From positions 3,000,001 through 3,032,000 of the forward strand of contig NC_002939.5 in NCBI RefSeq assembly GCF_000007985.2: a stretch of 32,000 nucleotides of DNA, in the 5' to 3' direction. Positions 1 to 7,845 of the stretch are shown piece by piece. The position numbers and the translations under genes are program-made. Source of the DNA: Geobacter sulfurreducens PCA (GTDB lineage: Bacteria; Desulfobacterota; Desulfuromonadia; Geobacterales; Geobacteraceae). The first letter of the stretch is position 1, and each line of letters starts with the position of its first letter. Under the pieces are notes generated by a model that saw only the letters and a list, made by a program, of their open reading frames with translations, did not search any database and was not told the DNA's origin.

Positions 1-71
1 GATGACGAACACGCATCTTAACAGACCGTGGAATATGTGTGAAGCCTTATGCGTTCAAGGCGGCCGCGGGC

Positions 72-1049
72 TCAATAAAAGAACTCCCGCCGCGGTGGCC
101 GGTAGAGGTGGGACACGTGCTCGCCGTAGCCATTGAAGATGACCGTGGGCCGTCGCTCTCCCGTGCCGAGCATTCGCTCGCTCTTCTGGGACCAGCGGGG
201 ATGATCGACGTCCGGGTTCACGTTGGCCCAAAAGCCGTATTCGTCCGGACCCAGACTGCTCCAGAAGGTGGAAGGCTGCCGGTCGGTGAAACTGATCTCC
301 ACGATGGACTTGATACTCTTGAAACCGTACTTCCAAGGCAGGACCAGACGAATCGGCGCCCCGTGCTGCTTCGGCAACTCCCGGCCGTAGACCCCCACCG
401 CGAGGAAGGCCAGTTCGTTAGTGGCCTCGGCCAGGGTAAGCCCCTCATGGTAGGGCCAGAGGTCGGTTGAGAACAGGCCGCTCTGGTTGGGGGCCTGATC
501 CTTGCGCAAAAATGAGAGGAACCGCAGATGGGTGGCACCCGGCAGCGGGTCGGCCCGCTTCACGAGCTCGGCCAGGGGAAAGCCGACCCAGGGAACCGCC
601 ATGGCCCAGGCCTCGACGCAACGGTGACGGTAGGTCCGTTCCTCCAGGGGCATAGTCCGGACCAGTTCATCCACGTCGAAGACCTTGGGGTTCTTCACCA
701 AGCCGGTCACCGAAATCTGCCAGGGGCGGGTGATGAATTGATCCACGTAACGCCAGACGTCCTTACCCGAGGTGAATTCGTAGAAATTGCAGTACATGGC
801 CGCTTCCTGCCGGTCGGTGAGGGGCCTGTCCAGGGGGTAGCGCGCGTTGGGCCGCGCCGGCAGGGTCTTGAGGTTGACGAGGGTGCCGCCCAGTTCCCGC
901 CGCTCCATGGCGTAGTTGGTACAGGCGTTCAGGAGGGGCCAGGCGTTGAGCCCGGCGAAACCGAGGGCCTTGAGGAACGTGCGCCGATTGAAGAAGGCCT
1001 CCTCGGGTGAAATTTCATGGGAAGGAAGGGTGAAGCGGCTGTTCTTCAT
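72..1049 (-). CDS. msrP: Protein-methionine-sulfoxide reductase catalytic subunit MsrP (YedY-type periplasmic molybdopterin oxidoreductase)
   Basis: 325-aa ORF. ATG at 1049 with AAGGAG 7 nt upstream. Twin-arginine signal (FFNRRTFLKALG). Long colinear blocks match E. coli MsrP as I remember it (PLEERTYRHRCVEAW, VPWVGFPL, GAPIRLVLPWKYGFKSIKSIV, DEYGFWANVNPDVDHPRWSQ). Confidence 0.9.
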   Translation of the reverse strand: MKNSRFTLPSHEISPEEAFFNRRTFLKALGFAGLNAWPLLNACTNYAMERRELGGTLVNLKTLPARPNARYPLDRPLTDRQEAAMYCNFYEFTSGKDVWRYVDQFITRPWQISVTGLVKNPKVFDVDELVRTMPLEERTYRHRCVEAWAMAVPWVGFPLAELVKRADPLPGATHLRFLSFLRKDQAPNQSGLFSTDLWPYHEGLTLAEATNELAFLAVGVYGRELPKQHGAPIRLVLPWKYGFKSIKSIVEISFTDRQPSTFWSSLGPDEYGFWANVNPDVDHPRWSQKSERMLGTGERRPTVIFNGYGEHVSHLYRPPRREFFY

Positions 1050-1118
1050 AACCGTGCTCCTTCGCCGGAAAGGCGGGGGATTGCCCCGCCTTTCCGGCCT
1101 TCCGTCAGTCCGGCCCCG

Positions 1119-3194
1119 CTACCACGTCATGCTTCTCGTATGGTTCTCGTTGCCGATGTGGCAGGTGAACAGGCAGCTTCTCGTGGCCGGATCATAGTTC
1201 AGCGAATCGAGCAGGGTCGATGATGCCGGCCCTTCCATGGCCGAGGTCTGGAGATTCGTGAAGTGGGTGGTCGCCAGCTTAGTGGTGTCGTGACATTCGG
1301 AGCACACCAGCGTTATCTCCGTGTGGTGCCGCTTGTCGCCAGAAGAAAAGCTGTTGAACTGGGTGGTGCCGTAAGCATGGCACGAGGCGCAGTCGGTGCT
1401 GACATTGATCTGGCCGCTGGGCCAGGGTGGCGATGTCTGTCCGCCGTGGCAACTGACGTTCGAGCAGGTACCGGTGCCTGCATTATAGGCCGGTGCCCCG
1501 CCGTCCTTGTCCTGGAAGGTCGCCGACAGGACCACGTTGGCCGTCCCGTTGCCATGCAGAACGGTGGCGTAGCCGGCCCCGCTGTGACAGGAGCCGCAGG
1601 TCACGTTCGGGAAGAGATGCTCGGTGTGCTGCAGGTCCCGGTTCGGGAAGGTCGAACCCACCGGCGGGTTGCCGTGGCACGAGACACAGCCGGTCTGGAT
1701 GTTGAAGAGCCCGGTGCCGGAGTCCTTCACGGCAACGGCGTTGAAGTGGCAGACCGCGTTTACGCCAGCGATGTTCAGCCTGCTCGATCCCGAAACGCAG
1801 GAAGGAGCCACTCCGCCCGCGCCATCGAGATTGGCGCCATGGCAGAGCGTGCAGTAGTTGGTGACTGCGGTGCCGGCAGTGGCGAGGACGGCAAGGGTCG
1901 AGTGGCGCAGCTGGTTGGTCACGCCCTGGGTGGTTCCGCGCCCGATGAGCCAGGGGGTGGGATGGGCCGTTCGCGCTGTGTGGCAGGTCTCGCAACCAGC
2001 GGTGAGCGTAGCGCCCCGCGGCACGTTGAAACGCGGGTTGGCGCCGCTGGCCGGCGTGGCGTGGCAGGGCTGGCAGGTATTCAGGCCGGTGCCGTTATTA
2101 TTCCTGTTGATGGCGTCGGCACCATGCTGCGCAGATGGCAGATAGGCCCCGGCGACCGGGTGGGGAGGCTGGACGTCGGAACCGTGGCACAGGGTATTGT
2201 TGAAGCAGCCCGCAGCCGTGCCCGCCGGTGCAGGAGTCGTGGGCTGGCGGGTTGAGTTGGCGCCGTTGGCGTGACAGGCGGCGCAGGAGGCGGCGTTGGT
2301 GGTGTCGGTGTTGGTGTGGGTCCGGGCAGCGCGCCAGGGTGCCGGAGAATGAGGTGCAATGGCGGGCGCGCCGCCGTTGTGGCACGAGAAGGCTCCCACA
2401 GTGGCGGAGAAGCAGCTGACCGCCGTGCCGACGCCCTGGTAGTTGGCGCCGTGGCATCTTCTGCAATAGCTGAATCCTCCGGAGGGAGAATCGGCCGCTT
2501 TTGCCCTGGGCCCGTGGAAGTTGGCGCTGTTCGGGTCGCTCCACCCGGCGGGATGCCCCGCTTCTGCGCCGTGGCAGAGCGTGTTGTTGAAGCAGCCGGC
2601 AGGAGTTCCAGCAGGCGCGGGCGTCGTGGGCTGCAGGGTCGAGTTGGCGCCGGTGGCGTGACACTTGGCACACTCGGGGGCATTGCCCTGGTCAACGAAT
2701 ATGTGGTTGGTCCCCGATGCAGTGGTGCCGTGCCACGGAGCGTCCGGGTGGGGCGCGTTGGTATGGCAGGCGAAGCAGGAGCGGGCCGGCCCATTATCGA
2801 AGAGAGCACCGTGGCACCTGCTGCAGTAGGCGAAGCCGGCCGCCACGGCCGGGGCGGCCATGGCCCCCGAGCGGCCATGCTGGTCTGCTGCTCCCCAGCC
2901 CGCGGGGTGGCCGGCCGGACCGGTGGCGTGACAGACCTGCGCTCCCCGGTTGGGACTGAAGCAGCTCACCCCGGAGATGCCTCCCGACTGGCCGGCATCG
3001 AGATATGAGCCGTGACAGGAGACGCACTGATCCCGGTCCTTCCGGAACTCACCCCAGTGGGTCTCGATCCAGTTGGCGGGGTGTCTGCCGGTTGTCGGGT
3101 CGATGGCCGGAGCGTCTCCACTGCCGCTGGAACAGCCCCAGAGAGCAAGCCCGACACAGAATACAGTCAGGAAACGAACGATTGTCGATTTCAC
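1119..3194 (-). CDS. extG: Large outer-membrane lipoprotein multiheme c-type cytochrome (13 CXXCH plus 7 CXnCH motifs); probable ExtG of the extEFG conduit
   Basis: Open frame 1119..3233. I prefer the GTG at 3194 because AGGAGG lies 6 nt upstream; the ATG at 3233 has no SD and would overlap the upstream gene. Signal peptide with lipobox (LALWGC). 13 CXXCH motifs counted in the translation. The gene name is from memory of the G. sulfurreducens ext clusters. Confidence 0.85.
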   Translation of the reverse strand: MKSTIVRFLTVFCVGLALWGCSSGSGDAPAIDPTTGRHPANWIETHWGEFRKDRDQCVSCHGSYLDAGQSGGISGVSCFSPNRGAQVCHATGPAGHPAGWGAADQHGRSGAMAAPAVAAGFAYCSRCHGALFDNGPARSCFACHTNAPHPDAPWHGTTASGTNHIFVDQGNAPECAKCHATGANSTLQPTTPAPAGTPAGCFNNTLCHGAEAGHPAGWSDPNSANFHGPRAKAADSPSGGFSYCRRCHGANYQGVGTAVSCFSATVGAFSCHNGGAPAIAPHSPAPWRAARTHTNTDTTNAASCAACHANGANSTRQPTTPAPAGTAAGCFNNTLCHGSDVQPPHPVAGAYLPSAQHGADAINRNNNGTGLNTCQPCHATPASGANPRFNVPRGATLTAGCETCHTARTAHPTPWLIGRGTTQGVTNQLRHSTLAVLATAGTAVTNYCTLCHGANLDGAGGVAPSCVSGSSRLNIAGVNAVCHFNAVAVKDSGTGLFNIQTGCVSCHGNPPVGSTFPNRDLQHTEHLFPNVTCGSCHSGAGYATVLHGNGTANVVLSATFQDKDGGAPAYNAGTGTCSNVSCHGGQTSPPWPSGQINVSTDCASCHAYGTTQFNSFSSGDKRHHTEITLVCSECHDTTKLATTHFTNLQTSAMEGPASSTLLDSLNYDPATRSCLFTCHIGNENHTRSMTW
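2184..2672. repeat. Intragenic repeat in extG: two ~100-bp copies (2184-2285 and 2571-2672), 387 bp apart
   Basis: Peptides CAKCHATGANSTLQPTTPAPAGTPAGCFNNTLCHG and CAACHANGANSTRQPTTPAPAGTAAGCFNNTLCHG. The underlying DNA is roughly 80 percent identical by eye. Confidence 0.7.
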
Positions 3195-3204
3195 CGTGAG
3201 CCTC

Positions 3205-3678
3205 CTATCTGTGGCATGCAACGCACTGCTCATTGTTGGTCCGGCCGTGGCAGCGGAAGCAACTGGTCGGGTCGATCCTGCCGTCGATCTGGTGCCGGGT
3301 CAGGTAATCGCCCCGGTGGACCAGCTGCCGGTCGGGCCGGTCCCCGTGCATGACCGACGGTTTGATCTCCAGTTCGTTGGCATGGCAGTCGTAGCAGAAG
3401 GACCGCTTGTGACATGACGCGCACAGACGGTCATCCTGGCCGGCATAGTAGCGGTGGTCGCGCACGAAGACCGGCGTGTGGCTGAAGGCGGCATAGGGTT
3501 TGAGCACTCCTCGCGCCCGGTCCTCGTGGCATTCGGTGCAGTCAACCCGCCCCGTGGCCAGTGATTCCGGATGCCAGGACGGCAGGCTCGATTCCTTCGA
3601 AAGCATATGGGTGCAGGCGGTCAGGGTGAGGGCGCCCGTCACGGCCACTGCAACAATGAAGAGCTGTATCGGTTTCAT
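3205..3678 (-). CDS. extF: Small pentaheme c-type cytochrome with a lipoprotein-type signal; probable ExtF
   Basis: 157 aa. ATG at 3678 with AAGGAG 7 nt upstream. 5 CXXCH motifs (CTECH, CASCH, CYDCH, CFRCH, CVACH). N-terminal signal ends in LTLTAC. ATGA start/stop overlap with the upstream porin gene. Confidence 0.85.
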   Translation of the reverse strand: MKPIQLFIVAVAVTGALTLTACTHMLSKESSLPSWHPESLATGRVDCTECHEDRARGVLKPYAAFSHTPVFVRDHRYYAGQDDRLCASCHKRSFCYDCHANELEIKPSVMHGDRPDRQLVHRGDYLTRHQIDGRIDPTSCFRCHGRTNNEQCVACHR

Positions 3679-4970
3679 TTCGCCGCTCCTTTGCCCGAAT
3701 GGCTGAAGTTATAGACAAGCCGGACCACGCCGCGGGTCTCCGAATCCAGGCGAGGATTCTCGCCATAGCTGATATCGCCCGACAGCATCAGGTTCGGGAG
3801 CATCTTCCACCCGAGGGAGGCGATCACCTCGTAGGCGTTGTCTCCGCCATAGGGTTGCACGGCGTCGTCGTAGAGATGAGCAATGGCATCGACGCTGGCC
3901 CGATAGCGCGTTGCGTCGCGCAGGATATAGGCCCGGACCTCGTGGTAGGCATTGGCGGAAACATCCGCATCGGCCCGGTGGTAGGAAAGTCCCGCCCGGA
4001 CCGTGCGTTCGGCCAGGGTCATCCGCACCTCGCCGCCGTAGCGATGGGTATTGCCCCGGTCGGCCCGGTGGTAGTTGATCCGCTTGTAGTCGGCAATCAG
4101 CTCCAGGGGTTTGGCCACGGTCCAGGCAACGCTGCCGCCGTAGCTGCGCAGCGTCGTATCGCGATCGATGTTGAAAAGGGAGCGGTTATTGGTGGTGGCG
4201 AGGAAGTGTTCGAGGTTGTAATCGTTGTATTCCCCCGACACGGACACACCTTTCATCGGGGTTACGAGAAGGAGGTAGCTGTGCTCGGCAAAGCCGTCGG
4301 TGGCGGTATTGTAGCTGGTGGTGCCACGGAGTTCGACCATCCTGAACGGTGCGAGCCAGATGTCGCCCCCCACCAGCTGCCGGTAGTTTTCCGGGGTGCC
4401 GGTGAGGCCGGTATCGGTATTGGCCTCGTACAGGGCCGAAGCGCCGATCTCCAGGTAGCCGGGAAGCCGCCAACCCAGGCGACCGCCGGCAATGGCATCC
4501 CCCTTATTCCGGTCGGTCATGTTCAGCCTCACCGGCACCCCGCCGAAGAGGGAGCCGGTGAAGCCGCCGGCCAGGTCGGTCCGAACGCTGACACCGTCCA
4601 CGTGCTCGGCTGCCACCCCCTCGTAGACGTAGAACCGGCCCAGCTTGAGGAGTCCGTCGGCCCGGGGGAACCGGTATGCCAGGTAGGCATAGGCAAGGTC
4701 GCCATCGGTTGAGCCCCCATCGGTGCTCTTGTCGGCCAGATCGAGCCGCCCCCAGCCATAGAGATGGAAAGAAAGATTGCCGTCGGCAAGCTTTTCCACA
4801 TCGATGCCGAGGAACTGCGTAGCCGGCGCCAGGGTCTCGTCCTTGAACCCGGGAACGCTGCGCTCTTCCAGCCGGATGAGCGTAGTGGCATCCACCGCCA
4901 CGTCAGCCGCGCCGGCCATGCCGGGCAGCGAGGCGATGGCCAGCGCAAGGAACTGCAATCGCTGTTTCAT
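3675..4970 (-). CDS. extE: Porin-like outer-membrane beta-barrel protein of a porin-cytochrome conduit; probable ExtE
   Basis: The ORF track gives 3675..5255, but the internal ATG at 4970 has AAGGAGGG upstream and starts a clean signal peptide (MKQRLQFLALAIASLPGMAGA/ADV). The mature part has no Cys or heme motifs, is rich in Gly, Tyr and aromatics, and has alternating hydrophobicity. It is translationally coupled to two cytochrome genes. Confidence 0.75.
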   Translation of the reverse strand: MKQRLQFLALAIASLPGMAGAADVAVDATTLIRLEERSVPGFKDETLAPATQFLGIDVEKLADGNLSFHLYGWGRLDLADKSTDGGSTDGDLAYAYLAYRFPRADGLLKLGRFYVYEGVAAEHVDGVSVRTDLAGGFTGSLFGGVPVRLNMTDRNKGDAIAGGRLGWRLPGYLEIGASALYEANTDTGLTGTPENYRQLVGGDIWLAPFRMVELRGTTSYNTATDGFAEHSYLLLVTPMKGVSVSGEYNDYNLEHFLATTNNRSLFNIDRDTTLRSYGGSVAWTVAKPLELIADYKRINYHRADRGNTHRYGGEVRMTLAERTVRAGLSYHRADADVSANAYHEVRAYILRDATRYRASVDAIAHLYDDAVQPYGGDNAYEVIASLGWKMLPNLMLSGDISYGENPRLDSETRGVVRLVYNFSHSGKGAAK

Positions 4971-5341
4971 TGCTCCCTCCTTAAAAAGGGGAGGTGGCGG
5001 TAACTTCGCCAACTCCATCATGTTTACAGATTCGATACTAGAAGAGTCTATTCCCCGGCCTCCTGTTGTCAACCTCACGACTCGGGAAATACGATGCCGC
5101 CCCTGCGTGCCAACAACTGGGAGATTTGCCCCACCGATTGGGTCAAATGAATCCACCGATACAACACCATCGTCTCCCTCGCAGTTGCATCTCCTTAAAT
5201 CTACTAAACAATCAAAAACGTGCCACAAGGGCATCGATATTGCTAATTGAGGCAAGCAGCAAAACCGATCGACATGTCAGAGAGCATGCGCCTACACACT
5301 GTTTATTCGACATCAAACGGGAGGGGGGAGGAAATACCGAC

Positions 5342-5794
5342 ATGAGGGATGCCCTAGCCGAGCTTTCAGACGAGAAACGAAAACTCATCGGGAAATACCG
5401 CCTTGTTCCCAAGGACATCAATGGGAAGATTTACTGGGTACGACGGTTCGGCAATCGACCCGATCATCCCTACGCGACCCAGCGGGCACTCAGGAACTGC
5501 CACATCATCGAACTGGTCTTCAGTTTTTACGATCTCTGCGTCGCCAAGATGACCTACTTCAAGAATAACTTCGCCGATTACATCCCCTGCAAGAACAATT
5601 ACCGGGTCGGACAGATGGAAGAGTGCGAGCCGTGGGACATGGAAATCCTTGTCCAGCGGGAAACGGGCATCGTCATCGACCTCAGGAACCTGGCTGAAAT
5701 CAGTGACATCGAGGTATTCAAGGAAATGTGCAAGTGGCTGGAATCGCGGCTGAACGAAGCCGATGCATGCTCGAGGAAGGTTATGGGGCTGTGA
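5342..5794 (+). CDS. Hypothetical cytoplasmic protein (150 aa), no family recognised
   Basis: Internal ATG at 5342 preceded by GGGAGGGGGGAGG. It is the only plus-strand gene in the first 22 kb and lies in a visibly AT-richer stretch. No signal peptide or motif recognised. Confidence 0.45.
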   Translation: MRDALAELSDEKRKLIGKYRLVPKDINGKIYWVRRFGNRPDHPYATQRALRNCHIIELVFSFYDLCVAKMTYFKNNFADYIPCKNNYRVGQMEECEPWDMEILVQRETGIVIDLRNLAEISDIEVFKEMCKWLESRLNEADACSRKVMGL

Positions 5795-5814
5795 TGCAGA
5801 CCGTGAAGCCGGAG

Positions 5815-6951
5815 TCAGTCCCCGGTTTCCGCTGATATGAGTTCCGCCCGCACCCGACCGAGGGAGATGGCCGTGTCCATTCTCACGGGAACCTTGTAAG
5901 CATCGTCGGTGACCCAGATCATCATGTCACCGGTTCTCCTGAAGATACCGGCGGTCTTCAGAAGCGGATGGACAACCAGCGTATCAACGGTCCGTCCCCC
6001 CGGCAGCGTTACCCCTTCCCGCCGCAGCACCGCGACCGTAGTGGGAGCGTACTCGTTGCTGTCGAACAGGTGGAGCACCACCGGCTGCCCCACCTCAAGC
6101 CGTTTGTTTCTAAGGAAATAGAATCCCGAAACAATATCGGTCACGTCCTCCCGCGGCAGGAGATGCGTGGCGTAGCGGTTCCGCAGGCGGTCGGCCCAGA
6201 AGGCCTTTTTTTCGCGCATCATCAGGGTAAAGCCGCTGTCCCCCGTGAAGGTTCCTTCCCGCTGCCTGATCCTGGTGATCAGGTAGTTGCCGGCAACGAG
6301 CCGGGTTTCTATCACATCATCCACCGGGTATATCGCAGAGATGACCGGATAGGACCTGACGCGCGTGGTGATGGTGACTTCCTCGCGCTCCCGCCCCCGA
6401 ACCGCCTCGATCATTGCCTCGCCCACGGGAATGCCGAGCATGGTGATCCGGTAGGTGAGCTTTTCCCGGCCCGGTGCGAGAAACTCCCCAGCCCGGCGCA
6501 ACGGCGGCATGACCTCCAGGTGCTGCGGCCTGGCAGCAGGGGCTGCATCAGCCACGGCCTCGAATGATGCGGCGGGCTCAGACACGGGGGCAGCTACAGC
6601 CGCGACCTCCGGCGCTACAGGCGACAGAGCCTCGGCGGCCGGGGCGGCTTCGCGGGCGACTGACGAAGCGTTCGGCTGGTCCGCGCGCTCCGGAGCTGTA
6701 GCGACGCTCCGCTCGCCTGGCGGCACCGTCTCCCCTGGGTCGACGCTCTCACGCGGCGACTGCACCTCAGGGAGAGGCGGAACAGACGTCTCCGGTTCGC
6801 GGAGCGAAATGCTGACGTCCGCCATGGGCAGAACCGGTGTACCCAGATCGAGAATGCCGATGCTCGGGAATACACACAGTCCCGCCACGTGCACAAGCCC
6901 GGAGAGTACGACAAACACAGCGAATCGATATGATTTAACCGGCAAATCCAT
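5815..6951 (-). CDS. Membrane-anchored protein with a Pro/Ala/Glu-rich linker and a DUF3108-like C-terminal domain
   Basis: Open frame 5815..7002. The start is taken at the ATG at 6951 (MDLPVKSYRFAVFVVLSG... is a TM helix). The C-terminal 230 aa (GREKLTYRITMLGIPVGEAMIE ... MIWVTDDAYKVPVRMD ... GRVRAEL) fit my memory of DUF3108. No clear SD for either start, so the start is uncertain. Confidence 0.6.
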   Translation of the reverse strand: MDLPVKSYRFAVFVVLSGLVHVAGLCVFPSIGILDLGTPVLPMADVSISLREPETSVPPLPEVQSPRESVDPGETVPPGERSVATAPERADQPNASSVAREAAPAAEALSPVAPEVAAVAAPVSEPAASFEAVADAAPAARPQHLEVMPPLRRAGEFLAPGREKLTYRITMLGIPVGEAMIEAVRGREREEVTITTRVRSYPVISAIYPVDDVIETRLVAGNYLITRIRQREGTFTGDSGFTLMMREKKAFWADRLRNRYATHLLPREDVTDIVSGFYFLRNKRLEVGQPVVLHLFDSNEYAPTTVAVLRREGVTLPGGRTVDTLVVHPLLKTAGIFRRTGDMMIWVTDDAYKVPVRMDTAISLGRVRAELISAETGD

Positions 6952-6963
6952 GCATGGTCCGAA

Positions 6964-6997
6964 GCGCAGAGGGGGTACCGGAGCGCCCCCTCTGCGC
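6964..6997. other. Perfect 12-bp GC-rich hairpin (GCGCAGAGGGGG / CCCCCTCTGCGC, 10-nt loop)
   Basis: Read directly from the sequence. It lies 13 nt upstream of the preferred start of the DUF3108-like gene. No U-tract on either strand. Confidence 0.5.
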
Positions 6998-7178
6998 TGC
7001 ATCTATAGATGGAATCGTATCGGCAACCGGACGTCCCGGCTCCGCATCCCCGGCGTCACGCCATCGCCGAGCGGCCCCCAAGCACCCACCCCGGCCACGA
7101 CCACGCCTCGCCCGAAGAACTGCCGGGGCCCATGAACCCCGGCGCGATCCGGTGCAACGCCGCTGACCCGATCGTTAC

Positions 7179-7640
7179 TTAGTGTCCCTTCCCCTTGCCT
7201 TTTCCTTTACCCTTTTCCGTGCCGTGATGATGATCATCGTGGGAAGCATGGGATGGCTTGCCGGTCAGGGCAAAATCACCTCTCTTCAGGGCATGGAACT
7301 CGGTGGAGCCGGGCTTGATGCCGAGACGCTTGGCAATCACCCCCCATCCCTTGCCCTGATTGGCCTGATAGGTCTTCAGCACTGTTTCGTACGGTTTATG
7401 GGTCATCTGCCCCAACTGGTAGACCATAAAGGCATCCGCAGGCTCCCGGACCGACCCCAGCACCACGCTGACCTGTGCGCCGGGCACACCGAACTGAGCG
7501 CTCAGCCTGCCGGCAAAACCGGTCGGATCGGCCCTTGCCTCGACATTGAGATTGCCCAGAAAACCGTCGAGGCCGCCGGCGGCCAATGCCGCCGAACCGA
7601 TAAAGATCATCACGAGTAGTACCGCAAAAAATCGTTGCAT
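7179..7640 (-). CDS. Secreted hypothetical protein with a His-rich and (Gly-Lys)5 C-terminal tail
   Basis: Internal ATG at 7640 with AAGGAG 8 nt upstream. Signal peptide MQRFFAVLLVMIFIGSAALAAGG. The C-terminus is ...SHASHDDHHHGTEKGKGKGKGKGH. The 58-codon N-terminal extension in the ORF track has no support. Confidence 0.6.
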   Translation of the reverse strand: MQRFFAVLLVMIFIGSAALAAGGLDGFLGNLNVEARADPTGFAGRLSAQFGVPGAQVSVVLGSVREPADAFMVYQLGQMTHKPYETVLKTYQANQGKGWGVIAKRLGIKPGSTEFHALKRGDFALTGKPSHASHDDHHHGTEKGKGKGKGKGH

Positions 7641-7761
7641 GGCGTATTTTCTCCTTTTCACGTTGCTCCGGCAAGCTCCTTTTTTCGCATCACGGAGGGA
7701 TTGCAGACATTCCCGGTGAACCCGGCAGCTGTCCTCGCGCAGCGGCGGGGCAGACTGCGCC

Positions 7762-7803
7762 TGAAAAGTGCAAGGCCGGCCCCCCGGAGGGAGACCGGCC
7801 TTG
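7762..7803 (-). terminator. Rho-independent terminator downstream of omcC
   Basis: Minus strand reads CAAGGCCGG-(loop)-CCGGCCTTG followed by CACTTTTC. It starts 43 nt after the omcC stop. A homologous hairpin with a compensatory base-pair change follows omcB. Confidence 0.6.
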
Positions 7804-7845
7804 CGGTTGTGCATCGGATGATGCGCCGGAACGTCGCGTCCGCTA

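Noticed and set aside
1-16. A possible start of msrQ (ATG at 16 on the minus strand, 55 nt after the msrP stop), as expected from msrPQ operons.
   Set aside because: Only five codons lie inside the window, which is far too little to support a call.
5092-5135. GEMM-like strings (GGGGCAAA ... GGCACGCAGGGGC on the minus strand) in the extE leader, considered as a possible cyclic-dinucleotide riboswitch because these are common upstream of Geobacter cytochrome genes.
   Set aside because: I could not build the P1/P2 stems or find the GNRA tetraloop and receptor. The resemblance is limited to short G-rich words. A covariance-model scan (Rfam GEMM-I/II) would settle it.
5207-5225. A perfect sigma-54 -24 element (TGGCACG on the minus strand) about 250 nt upstream of extE.
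   Set aside because: The -12 position reads TTGAT with no GC dinucleotide at the required spacing, so it does not satisfy GG-N10-GC. A second TGGCACG-like string near 5110 also fails the spacing test.
4971-5255. N-terminal extensions suggested by the longest-ORF track (3675-5255, 7179-7814, 27719-29236, 22531-23709, 24095-24640, 29362-31173, 12253-12951).
   Set aside because: In each case an internal start has a good SD or begins the expected signal peptide or domain. The extensions are low-complexity or Arg/Pro-rich and run into upstream promoters or hairpins.
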